A stretch of DNA of 64,000 nucleotides, from IMG/VR virus record IMGVR_UViG_3300019762_000005, positions 28,676-92,675 of that record. One strand, 5' to 3'. The notes below the pieces were generated by a model. That model had not been told where the DNA came from, ran no database searches, and saw only the letters and a list, made by a program, of their open reading frames with translations. This DNA comes from a virus. Shown here one piece after another: positions 46,278 to 57,400 of the stretch (position 1 is its first letter; each line of letters opens with the position of its first letter). The position numbers were made by a program, and so were the translations under genes.

Positions 46278-46910
46278 ATGGAAGAGGTTAGAAAAACAAC
46301 AAAAGAAACGATTAAGCTTGAAGGGCCGTCTAAAGATAATCCTGATGATTATAAACATAAAGAGTTTATAGCTGCGTCTAAGAGTGCTGAAGAAAACAGA
46401 ACCAGATCAGCTTCAGAACTAATGGTTAAAGATTGGAGATTTGCGTTTGACAGAAAAGTCAATGGAGGTTTACAAAGACCGTCTAATAAAGATATAATGT
46501 TTGCAATCAATATGATCCAGGAAGAGTTCAAAGAGCTTACTGATGAAATATTTGGAGAAGACAGAGAGATCAAAGAAGAAAACATCGTTGATTTTCCGTT
46601 AGACAGAATTGCTGACCATTTAGGTGATACAAGCTGGGTTACTCAGGGCATGATGTATTTGTTTGGATTGAATCCTACGAAAGTAGCTGAAGAAATCTAC
46701 AATAGCAACATGTCAAAAATGTGCTCAACACTAGAAGAAGCAGAACTTACTGTTACTTGTTACGCTGATGGAACACATCCAAATAAACCCGGGAAGGAAA
46801 TAGAAGCTCATTATCAGGTTTTTGATGATATGTACTTTGTTCATAGAACATCGGATGGTAAAATCCTTAAGTCTATAAACTTTATAGAGCCTGATTTTTC
46901 AGGAATGTAA
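46278..46910 (+). CDS. MazG-like / PRA-PH NTP pyrophosphohydrolase
   Basis: IQEEFKEL, ADHLGD, SNMSK and DGKILKS..F.EPD motifs. Confidence 0.85.
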   Translation: MEEVRKTTKETIKLEGPSKDNPDDYKHKEFIAASKSAEENRTRSASELMVKDWRFAFDRKVNGGLQRPSNKDIMFAINMIQEEFKELTDEIFGEDREIKEENIVDFPLDRIADHLGDTSWVTQGMMYLFGLNPTKVAEEIYNSNMSKMCSTLEEAELTVTCYADGTHPNKPGKEIEAHYQVFDDMYFVHRTSDGKILKSINFIEPDFSGM

Positions 46911-46975
46911 GGTTAAATATACTCAGAAGTAAGTATTGTAGGAGAATGATAATAGTTTTAATTTAGCAAAAAAAA

Positions 46976-47245
46976 ATGTACAAATACGAAGAAACAAAAC
47001 CTCTTTTATTTAAAGAGGAAAATCAAGAAAAGTTTTTACAATTTATAGACGAGGTTAAAAAGTTAATTGAAAAAAACAATTACTTTACATCTAATGAGCT
47101 ACAAACAAAAAATCCATTTTCTGACGGACACTTAAGGTTAGCAGCTTATGACAGACTAGTAGAGCTTAAAGAAATTGAAGAGCTTGAACTGGTAAGAGGA
47201 AGAGTTAATTACAATAACAGAATTTTTAGAAAAAAACAACAATAA
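46976..47245 (+). CDS. Hypothetical protein
   Basis: 89-aa ORF. Confidence 0.65.
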   Translation: MYKYEETKPLLFKEENQEKFLQFIDEVKKLIEKNNYFTSNELQTKNPFSDGHLRLAAYDRLVELKEIEELELVRGRVNYNNRIFRKKQQ

Positions 47246-47559
47246 TGAATATAATAAAAGCAGTAAAAAAACCTATTGAATTGGAATTCATGAAGGTTGT
47301 TAGAGATGAGAAGTCTATTAAAGATCTATTAGATTTTGGAAAAACAGAAACCGACAGTAAAATAACTAAAGGAGCGGGAGGTGTCTATGTGGCAACGAAT
47401 GAAGGTAGTCTATTTACTCCTTATGGATCTTTAATCGCTAGAGGGTTTTCCGTTAAATTAGGTTATCATTTCTGGCCAGTTGATGAAGGTTATTTTCAAG
47501 AAAATTACAAGGTTTTAAAGTCTGTAAACTTTAAAAAGCCCAACTTCAGAGAGATGTAG
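47245..47559 (+). CDS. Conserved phage protein (KKP...TxEG...PxD..F...Y family)
   Basis: KKPIELE, VATNEG and FWPVDEGYFQENY motifs. Confidence 0.65.
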   Translation: MNIIKAVKKPIELEFMKVVRDEKSIKDLLDFGKTETDSKITKGAGGVYVATNEGSLFTPYGSLIARGFSVKLGYHFWPVDEGYFQENYKVLKSVNFKKPNFREM

Positions 47560-47571
47560 GTGTAATAACTG

Positions 47572-47613
47572 AAAAACGGAACTAACCTTTTAATAGGCGT
47601 TCCGTTTTTTTTT
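47572..47613. terminator. Bidirectional terminator at convergence of replication and RNAP modules
   Basis: AAAAACGGAAC...GTTCCGTTTTTTTT. Confidence 0.75.
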
Positions 47614-47632
47614 AGACATTCGCAAGCGAGGT

Positions 47633-50600
47633 TTAATCTCTTACATAATTGTTTGTGAATTGTTGCTTTCCTTTTAAGTAAGAAGAAGTACCAGGTAACA
47701 GCTTCATTGTCTTCATTAAAAGTCTTGAATCGTCTTTGTTTGGGCCTGTTTTCAAAGTATCTTTTCCTTCCATAAAGTAACCTATCGCATCAATCCATCC
47801 ACCTACATCATCTACTATCACTGTGGCAGGGATTATACTCTTTTGGATTTTCTGAACTTCTGTAGGGTTTACATAAAGCAAGATGTCAGTCTGCAGTCTA
47901 CCCATTTGATTCATTAAGAAGTTTAAAACATAAGGATCTTTCTCTTCATCATCAGAAGAGAATGCTGATAGAACCGCTGCAAACCCGTATAGACTCATAA
48001 GAATCATGACTTCTGTAAGGTTTGCTCTCATATTAGCAGCGTCAACTTCGCTCATTCTTTCGTCAAATTGTGTGCTCTGCAGCGTAGCTTTTCTAATCAA
48101 CTGTTTCATGGTAAACAGAGAGTTGTCTATACTATTGAAGGCTGAACCATAACTTCTCCATCTACCCTTAACTTGCATGTTAAGTATGTCATCTCTTTTT
48201 TCAGATTCAAACCTAGAAGCTACACCTTCAAACATCCATGTTCTAAATTGACTAACTAGTCTTCCTAGAGCTGCATTCTTGAGAACTACTGGAGATTCAG
48301 AATCGTAGTTACCATGTGTCTTCTTGACAGCTTGGTCTACCTGAATTTTAAAGTCAACCATGAAGTCTTGGTTAAGAGCTTTACTTCCTACCATGTATCC
48401 TTCTGGAATATTACCACTTTCATCAAGTATATCCCATAGACTACTAGTTTCACCATCTTTGGTAACGTTAGTGTTTAGCATCATTCCTATCATTACAGGA
48501 GCAGATACTAAGAATTCAGAACGTTTCTGTAGCTCGTAGGGAGCTAGAGATGATAGTTTTTTAGAGAACAGTCCTTCATTGCTCCTTTTGTATAGCTCTT
48601 CAGAAGCATCCTTAAGAATATCCAGCTTCTCCATCCATTTAGAAATCTTTAGACCTCCCTTGTTTTTGAATCCAGAAGCTTTAAGCGTACTACCTAACGT
48701 TAATGATCTCGCTTTGTAGAATTGCTTTAAAGAGAATAACCTTCCGTCAGAAGCTAGTAATAGGTTTGCTATGTCTCCAAACGCTATATTTGCAAATGCG
48801 GAAGGTATATTCCAACCCATAGATTTAAGTTGCACATACTTCAATGCAGCGTCAGCAACTTTATTACCTGTTATCACACCACCTAATATCTCCAGTTGTT
48901 TATCTATATTTGCTTTGCTGCTTTCATATTCAGCAGAATCTATAGTTTTATTATCAAGAGCTATCTGGAGGTTTACTAACGCATTCTCAAGACCTTTTTT
49001 CTTTTTCTTCTCTGCAAGAGTATAAACTTTCTTTTTAGATTTACCCTCTACCTTTTTGGTAGAAATACCATAGGAATTGTCAATATGGTTTTCAAGTACT
49101 TTTTCATAATTGTCTAATTTCTTGTTACTTATTAATGGACTTCCATCTTCATCTGTCATTACCGTTCCCATAGCATTAGTTTCAACCCTATCTCTTTCAA
49201 GCATTAAGTGTGAAGCTAATCGAAGAGTATCTTCGTGTTTTGATTTATGTTTGTACGCTATAGATTGAGCTGCTAACATTTTCAAGATTTTCCCAATATC
49301 GTGAGACTTTTCAGCAGATGCTTCTCCCATAGATTGAGACCTTAGTTCCACATATTCAGATCTTGTAGGTGCTCTACCGTTCTTAGCTTTAAAGTTTATC
49401 ACTTTGACTTTAGTGCTTTCGTTTATAGCTTTCCTGTCACTAGCGATGTTTACATTTACTCCTTTTACTATGTTTCCAAATTCATCTTTTTGACCATAAG
49501 TAGTTTCTGATAAATCAGTCATTCTTATACTGTTCTTCATAGAATCAAGTCCATGAGCAAACATTCCTGATACAGGAGAGTCTTGCATTTTGTCAAAAAT
49601 ATCTTTTCTTATCGAGATAAGAGAGTTTGCGTATATACCTTCTCTTTTATGCTCAGGTATCATAGCTAGTAAGCTTTCTTGAGTGTCTAAATATTTTTCA
49701 TAGAATTTTAATAATGTCGGATCAGACTCTATAATCTTGTATTGGTCGTCATACCATTCTGTACTTTCTCCAGTAGACTTATTGGTTTTTCTAGGAACTG
49801 TTTGAACGTATGTATTTTTAGGATTGATAAGTTTTCCGCTAGAATCCTTTATACTCTTACCGTCTTCTATCATTCTAGCAGCGTAGTATGGAGAATTCTC
49901 TTTGTTCCATCTATCTAGTTCGCTTTCTGATAGTTCATCTTTTACAGCTTCGTATTGTCTTTTGAAGACTTCTACATCTTCCTGTGCCTTTTTGAAAAAC
50001 AAGTCATACCCTTTGCTTCCTAATTGGGCCTTTATCTCTTGAATTAAAGACTCTCTAGCTCCTTCTGAAAAAGAGTGAGGATAGTGATAAGAATCTCCTT
50101 CAGATGTAGGGAAAAGAACCCTAGGGTCAAAAGTGATAGTGTTATTCTTTTTAAAGTTGTAATACTCATCCCAACCAGCTTTGTATCCTTTCTCTTTTTT
50201 GCTTTTCTTTTTAGCGTTATTCAGTAGTTCGAACTGCTTGTCGTAAAACGATTGTGATGCTCGTCCAACCAAGTTTCCAGTCTCTCTACCTGCAGAATCT
50301 CTTTGCATGAAAATACTGTAGAGATCCTTATTCTTTTTATGCTTCTCTAAAGAAGGTAACGCTTCCTTAAGAAGTGTATCAATCTCTTTTACAACATCGT
50401 CAATTTCAAACTTAGAATTTAAAGAAGCTCTTTTGGTTATTTTATACACTGCATTCAACAAAGGATCTCCTTGTCTACTTATGTCAAGAACATTTGTAGA
50501 TAAGTTGTTAAGATCTGATACCTCTTTAAGAACTTCACTTTCAGAGTAATCAGTCTCTAAAACCTCATTAACTTTTTTTGTCATGTTCTTTCTTATAATA

Positions 50601-51421
50601 TCAGAAAGATTAGCAGACATAGCTTCTGCTCTTACCTTGAAGTCTGAAAATCCAGGGATTTTTTCTCCAGCTTTGTTCTCATATCCGTACTTCAGCTTGT
50701 CAGACTCTAGTTCTTCTTTACTAAAAAAGATATTTGTATTCTTACTGAAGTCACCTGCTCTTTTCCATAACTCAATATAAGATCTTGCTTCAGCTATCTC
50801 AGAATCAGTCATATCTTCACTAATCAAACTCTCAGCCCTATCTAGGTGCTCGTTCGCAAAAGATCTTAAATCTTCAAGCTTTGTTGCTTTACCTGCCTTG
50901 TTCAGTTCTTCATGAACTCCTTCCAGCATTTCCTCTAAACGAGCTTTTGTCGCATTCAGTTTTTTTAACTTTTCGACAGATTTCTCAACTCTTATCGTGT
51001 TGTTTATGTTAAGAAGCTTTCTGTCAATGTCATTATATCTATTCTTTAATAGGTTCGACAATTCAGCGTACTTTACAACCCCTTCTCCTTCTTTCTTGTT
51101 AGGAAGATAGTTAGTAGTAAAAGAGTCTTTCTTTCCTGCAGATTCAATCTTTATTGAATGATACATCTTACCTCTATTAGGTCCAAACCCAGGAACTTTT
51201 ATTGCTTTAAAAACGATATTCGGATGCTTCTCGTGTAAAGCATCAATTTTCTTTTTTATAGCAGAAAGGGAACGAATACTAGAGCGAACATATCGTCCGC
51301 CCTCTTCTCGTAGCCCCATCTTTATTTCTAGCCTTCCGTAAGGCTGAGACAATGCTCCATATAATATTTTCAGCTCTGAAGCTGTGTATTCTTTTCCTTC
51401 AAATGTATATTTACATGCCAT
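47633..51421 (-). CDS. Large virion-delivered protein co-encoded with the vRNAP
   Basis: 1262 aa, helical; MACKY start, HGNY and QFRTWM motifs; starts 1 nt after the RNAP stop. Confidence 0.7.
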   Translation of the reverse strand: MACKYTFEGKEYTASELKILYGALSQPYGRLEIKMGLREEGGRYVRSSIRSLSAIKKKIDALHEKHPNIVFKAIKVPGFGPNRGKMYHSIKIESAGKKDSFTTNYLPNKKEGEGVVKYAELSNLLKNRYNDIDRKLLNINNTIRVEKSVEKLKKLNATKARLEEMLEGVHEELNKAGKATKLEDLRSFANEHLDRAESLISEDMTDSEIAEARSYIELWKRAGDFSKNTNIFFSKEELESDKLKYGYENKAGEKIPGFSDFKVRAEAMSANLSDIIRKNMTKKVNEVLETDYSESEVLKEVSDLNNLSTNVLDISRQGDPLLNAVYKITKRASLNSKFEIDDVVKEIDTLLKEALPSLEKHKKNKDLYSIFMQRDSAGRETGNLVGRASQSFYDKQFELLNNAKKKSKKEKGYKAGWDEYYNFKKNNTITFDPRVLFPTSEGDSYHYPHSFSEGARESLIQEIKAQLGSKGYDLFFKKAQEDVEVFKRQYEAVKDELSESELDRWNKENSPYYAARMIEDGKSIKDSSGKLINPKNTYVQTVPRKTNKSTGESTEWYDDQYKIIESDPTLLKFYEKYLDTQESLLAMIPEHKREGIYANSLISIRKDIFDKMQDSPVSGMFAHGLDSMKNSIRMTDLSETTYGQKDEFGNIVKGVNVNIASDRKAINESTKVKVINFKAKNGRAPTRSEYVELRSQSMGEASAEKSHDIGKILKMLAAQSIAYKHKSKHEDTLRLASHLMLERDRVETNAMGTVMTDEDGSPLISNKKLDNYEKVLENHIDNSYGISTKKVEGKSKKKVYTLAEKKKKKGLENALVNLQIALDNKTIDSAEYESSKANIDKQLEILGGVITGNKVADAALKYVQLKSMGWNIPSAFANIAFGDIANLLLASDGRLFSLKQFYKARSLTLGSTLKASGFKNKGGLKISKWMEKLDILKDASEELYKRSNEGLFSKKLSSLAPYELQKRSEFLVSAPVMIGMMLNTNVTKDGETSSLWDILDESGNIPEGYMVGSKALNQDFMVDFKIQVDQAVKKTHGNYDSESPVVLKNAALGRLVSQFRTWMFEGVASRFESEKRDDILNMQVKGRWRSYGSAFNSIDNSLFTMKQLIRKATLQSTQFDERMSEVDAANMRANLTEVMILMSLYGFAAVLSAFSSDDEEKDPYVLNFLMNQMGRLQTDILLYVNPTEVQKIQKSIIPATVIVDDVGGWIDAIGYFMEGKDTLKTGPNKDDSRLLMKTMKLLPGTSSYLKGKQQFTNNYVRD

Positions 51422-51422
51422 A

Positions 51423-54400
51423 TTACTTACAGTCTTTTTTTTCTAATTTGTTTTTAAAGTCGTCAAAACTTAACGGTCTTTCATTATCTGAGAACACATC
51501 TTGAGGAGCACTCTCTCCAATACTATCTGGATCTACAAATGTACCAAAAGGATTTGACTTTTTAACCTTTGATAGAACTTTAGGGTTAACACCAGTAGTA
51601 TTTACCTGACCAAGACCTGCTCCTATAGGTTTTCTGGTTAGGGCGGTATTGTCGTTTACCAGACTTATAACCTCTTTTAAAACTATAGGGTTTAAGTCTA
51701 CTCCCTTTTTTACTCCTAAAGCTACTAGTATCGACTTAAACACTTCTGTTAATTTATCAAAGAATGTTTTCTTGTCGTTCCATATTTCAGTCTTCATGAA
51801 AGATTGAAACTTACTATCAGTCATTGATATAGCTACAAACTCCTCTATGTTTAAAGCTGCTCTTTGCCATGTATCGTTATACATTAAATCGTTAAGCTCT
51901 GACTCTGAATATCTACTTTCCATTTTCTTGACAAACAAAGAGTGTAGAGCTTTAATATTATTGTAAGCTTTTCCTTTCTTCTCTTTTATCACAGCTACAG
52001 TTACAGCATGTAAAGCTTCATGTAGTAGAGTTTTGCTTAAATCTCCAGTAGTAGGGTTTATAGCAATCTCTATCTTTCCTGTATTAGTAGACCTTCTTGT
52101 AGCTCCTTGAGCCTCCAAATCTGACTCTATAGAGAAAGATATATCTTCAGGAAGAGATTTTGTTACCACATCAACCAAGTCTTTATATTCGGGGTTAACA
52201 TCTACTTGCTCCAGTAATCTCGTTATCTTCTCTTTTCCAGAAATATCTAATCCGTCTATCTCGTAGAATTTGTCAGAGTTGTCAACGACACTGTCTTTTT
52301 TCGGCACAGCTATTTCATTAACTCCATTTATAGTGTTTTCGTTATTCTTTTCAATAACACTGAGAAGATTAACTTCCGACATATCATATTCGCTAATATC
52401 GGTTGTACCGAGGGTAGGTATTTTTTCCCATGTAGATCCATTGAACTTGAATAGTAAATCTCCAGCCTGTTGTTCAACTCTAATATATGTAGGTGTCAAG
52501 TCTAACTCAGAGTTGTATGTTAACTCGTAAGCCTTGTTAATTGGAACACCTCCGAAATCTAAAGACTTAGAGTCTACAGTTTCAATCTCGAAAGAGTTGT
52601 TCTGAAAATACTGAGTCATAAATCCATTAGTTATTCTATATCCAGCTGTGTCTCTAAAATCTATATCTCTCAACATTTCTGAGAATCCTAACTGATTGAA
52701 TACTTCTACAGGTATATATTTAACGAATTCTTTAGCTTGCTGAATGCCTCCGTTCATCATAGAGTACACCATTAAGTCACCTATAAGTTCATTAGAAGTT
52801 CTGTCGATTGAAGGATAATTTTTGTTTCCAGCAAACATATCAATGACAGACATATAGATAGACTCTTCATCGAAATCTTCTCCTTTAGCAGCATCAAACG
52901 TTACTAATGATGGCTGTCCATTGAAGTTTATCTCTGTATTAAGACGACCTATGAACGGATGTTTATCCATTCCTGGTTGTTTCTTTAACTTGTCAATAAC
53001 AGATGCTAAAGATTGTTTAGTTATAACACCTTTATCATCTTTTCTATCCATTAATAATTCGTCTCTTTTTTGAGGAAGATAAGCATCAAACGTATGTTCA
53101 AAAGAATCTGTGTACAAGTATGACTTAAGGCCATTAAATATCTTTTTGAATATCTTCTCAGTAATAGCTTTCTTTCCTGTTATCTCTTTGTATTCAGATA
53201 TAGCTTCTCTAACTACTGGAGAATCATAAGGAAACAATTTAGAGAATATTTCATTACCAAGTGCAGCTCCTCTAACAGAAGCGAATCCGTTAATAGTTGT
53301 AGGTCTAATCCAATAGGGGCCAACACGTTGATAACCTGATTCTTGAGGATTATCATCTTCCATGTCTTTTGGTAAAACATAGTCACCTATAAGGTTGTCT
53401 GCTCCTCCTATTGATTTGTGTCCGTATAAATCTATAACTCCATCAACCTTCTTGTTAAGAGCAAACATAGATTTACCAACCCCACTACTATCAGAGTTTA
53501 TTGCTAACTGAATCTCAGTGATAGTATCACCTAGCTCATCAAGCTTTATAAACTTCGCCAATATAGCTTTCTGAGTAGATTTGTAGTCAGCTATAGCTTC
53601 ACCTTTCTCGACATACTCTAATAGATTGCTTGTAGACCTATCAGCTAATGCTGGATCAACTTCTCCATCTATTTCATCAAGCATATTTCTCATTATGTCT
53701 TCTTTCGTTAATCTTTCAGAAGCAAGAGCAGAGTCATTAACTGTAAGTCTGTTTGCTAATTCGAATATAACATCTTGAGATATTACAGCTGATATTGTAC
53801 TTTCATCAAACCCTAATAGAGCTAATGCTTTAATAGTTCCAAAAGTATATCCATTAATATTCAACTTGTCAAGAATTTGCTCTTTCTCATTATCCACGGC
53901 TGCAGATTGATAAGCAGCAATGACATCTGATATGTATTTCTTTCCATCAAGAGTTTTTGCATTGGATATGACTCCAGTAGATTTCTGAAGTCCAAACCTC
54001 ATCTCAAATGGATTCTTTTTAGTCCCTCTAACAAACAGCCCTTTGTTTTGTGCAGTCGCATGGAATACAGAATCTAAAGACAAAGCTCCAACCCCTGCCT
54101 TACCTGCAGATGCGTTTACATATTTCTGTCTTTGGTAGGTGGCAGACGTGGGATTGAATAACTTACTACCTTCTAGTCTAGCACTCCTTTGATTAGCGAT
54201 TGTGTTAGCAAGTCCTTCAGCTCCATCTAAATCTCCAAAATCAATAGGCTTAGCCATTAATGATTGCATTTCAGTATCAGGATTAGACATTACCGCATTA
54301 TGAATATCTAGGATGCTGTTTTGAGTTTGCTTTTCTTTGAACTCGCTTTTAAGTTTTCTCCAGTTTTCTGGAATAGCGTCTTCACCAAACATAGCTTCAA

Positions 54401-57400
54401 GCAATTTCGTTGAAGCAGGATCATCATCTACATGGTTGTCGTATATCATTCTAATGTTCTCATCAGTAAGTTTTCTCACATCTAAGAACGTACCGTCAGT
54501 ATCTTGGAATATATTGTACTGGTAAGTATAAAGCTTATCAACATCAAAATCTGATCCCATCTGAATAGTTAAATCCCTAGAAGCGATCAATAAATCTCCC
54601 ATCTCTTTCGGTAGAAATCCAACAATCTCCATCATCATCATAGAGTTATGACCCTGGGTAGGAATACGAAATCCAAACAACTGCAATAGTTCTTTAGGAA
54701 TCTTCGTTTCGTCAAGCATAAGCTTTCCATCTACTTCAGTAGCGTAATCCTGTACATTGATAACCTTTCCATTTCTATCCTTCATTATAGTCGGAACAAG
54801 CACTTGAGAAGGTCTAAATGTAGAAGATGTAAACTTGTGAGGTAATAGCTCGTTATTAAAAGAACTAGTCCATACGATCTTGTTCTTGTACTCAGAAAGA
54901 GCACCTGCAGATTCTTCGAATGATTTCACATTTCTAAAACCTTCTTCCGAACCTAATACATAAGATTTACCATGATGTTTCTTCTTTATAATCTTGTTAT
55001 TAACTATCGAAGTTAGTAGAGATTCTACTTTCTCTGTACTAGTTAGGGCCCACAAAGGGACTTTAAAGTCACCGTCAACGATTTCTAATGCCAACTGGTC
55101 ATTAAGAGGATAGTCTCTCTCAATAGCCTCTTGAATAAGCATTTCCCCAAGCTTCTGTCGGTTAAGATCCTTTCCGTTCCATTCTAAATCTTCTATCAAC
55201 TGATTGTAAGAGTCTTCGTATATCTCTTCGTACAAAGAATTGTAGACAGCTTCAAGCTTTTCTCCAGTATATTTTTTACCGTTATAACTGAATCCACCTA
55301 TACCTTTGATATTAGAGAACAAAAGCTTTCTTTCTTGAGTACCAACATTAATCTTGTCTTTATCCTCTTTATAAGGTACATCTTGCTGAATTCTCCATCC
55401 ATCATAAGAAAGGTCTATAGCGTTATCGAAAGATATGTCATTCTTAAGAGTTCCATCTTTTTCGTAAGCTTCTACAGAGTTAGAAGGAGCACCTACTTTT
55501 GTAGCTGTATAGAAAACAACTTTGTCAACACCTTGCTCTTCCATCTTTTTTCTCATCTTGTCAATCTCTAATCCTCCTGTTAATTGAGGAAGTAATGGAA
55601 ATGCAGAAGACTTGATATAGATACGTCTATCCAAGTCGTTATGTTTTTCAAACTTGTTGGAAACATGAACCGGTTTTAACGGCTGAAATACCACGTCTAG
55701 CTCTCTACTATCTAAAGACTCGTTCTTTTCAAGCTTCTTAGTAAGTTGTTGAAGCTTCTTTTCAGAAATCTTTCCAATTCCTTTCAACACTTTCAAATGT
55801 TCTTTCCATGATACAAACTCTTGAGCATCTGCACCTTCAATATCGAAGTACGGACTAGACTTTGGATACTTAGCTTTGATTTGTCCTTTGATGCCTTTAG
55901 ATCCATTCTTGTACGATTCTATCTCTGCATCAGTTATTTCTTCACCATCAAGAGTCTTTGTATAGAACTTGATATTGTTGGATACTGATTCTGGATCTTT
56001 TATGAATGCAACTTTATAAGTTCCTTTCAAGTCTGATTCATAACCAGGAGCTAAATCACCAGCAAGACGTTTACCCATATTGATAAATGTATCCATAGAT
56101 TGCTGTACTGAATCATCAGACTTACTCTTGTAAAACAATGCAGGATCTCCAGTATAGTTTTTGAATACGCTTGCATTATGAAGCATATAGTTAATAGCGT
56201 AATCAGCAGCTATATTCTTAAGACCATGCTTTTTGAACTTCTTCTTATATTGAGAATCAACAAACGTTAAAACACCTTTGTCATTTACAATACCTAGATT
56301 TCTCCAGTCTTCTATTTGTTCAGATATTACGTTGTTGAGGAAATCTTTAAGATACGCAATTATAGGCTCTGGATTATTAGGAGTTATAACTAGCTTTCCG
56401 TCAAGCATTATACTCGGGTCATTGTTAAGCTCTGGGAATATCAAGAACTTATTAGCTCCATCTTTGTATCCCTTTACGTCCACACTCTTACCATTCTCCT
56501 TTATGTTTTCAAAAGATCTGATTCTGTTCAATTCTGGAAGTGCCATTTGCTCATATACAGTTCTAACAGAACTATCTGAGATACTTCCGTTTTCATCGAC
56601 ACCTATATCTTGAGCAAGTGTTTCTAGTAGTAGCATTGTTGACTTATCGGACATAGTAGGGTAGAACATCTTAACTCTTCTGTTCCCTTCTTTGTCAGAA
56701 GCTCCCCTGTTTGCGAACAACCCTAGCTTCACAACTTCATGTTCCATAGGAGAGTTCTCGGTAAGTTTACCAGAACCTTTCGCTTTACTCTTTAGTTTCT
56801 TAAGTGTTTCAAGAGATAAATATGACACCTCATAGAACTTGTACATCTTACTGTTTTTATCTATAACAATCTCTCCATTGTCGGCTATCATAGGTTCTCC
56901 AGCATCATCCAGTAAGGCCATTCTCATAAGGTCGTTATGAGTACCATTGAATGATAAAGAGTTTAGTTGTGTTAGCTTTGTGTTGGTAAACACTTTCTCT
57001 CCATTGAACGTAGACTCATTCAGTCTTTTTAAATCTTGTATCCTATTGTTTGCATACTTGTTATTACTGAATGACCAGATAGTTTTCTCTCCTGCCTTGT
57101 GAGATGCGCTATACTTGTTGGTTATGAACTTGCTATTGACCTTCGCTAAATGTTTAATCTCTGTTTCCTTGAATGGAAGAGACAAAGTATCCAGAGGTTT
57201 CTTCTTTTTTGACAAAGCTGACAATGTGTTAACCATCATAGCTAATGGAGAAGCTTTAGGAAGCGTCATTAGCTGCTTGTATGTAAGTACTATTCCTGCC
57301 TTATTCTTGTATTTACCAGTAAGCATCTTGTCTATAACATCTTCACTAAGGTCAAGACCTATAGAGCTTAATAAATCGGTGAAAACTTCCTGACTAGGAG

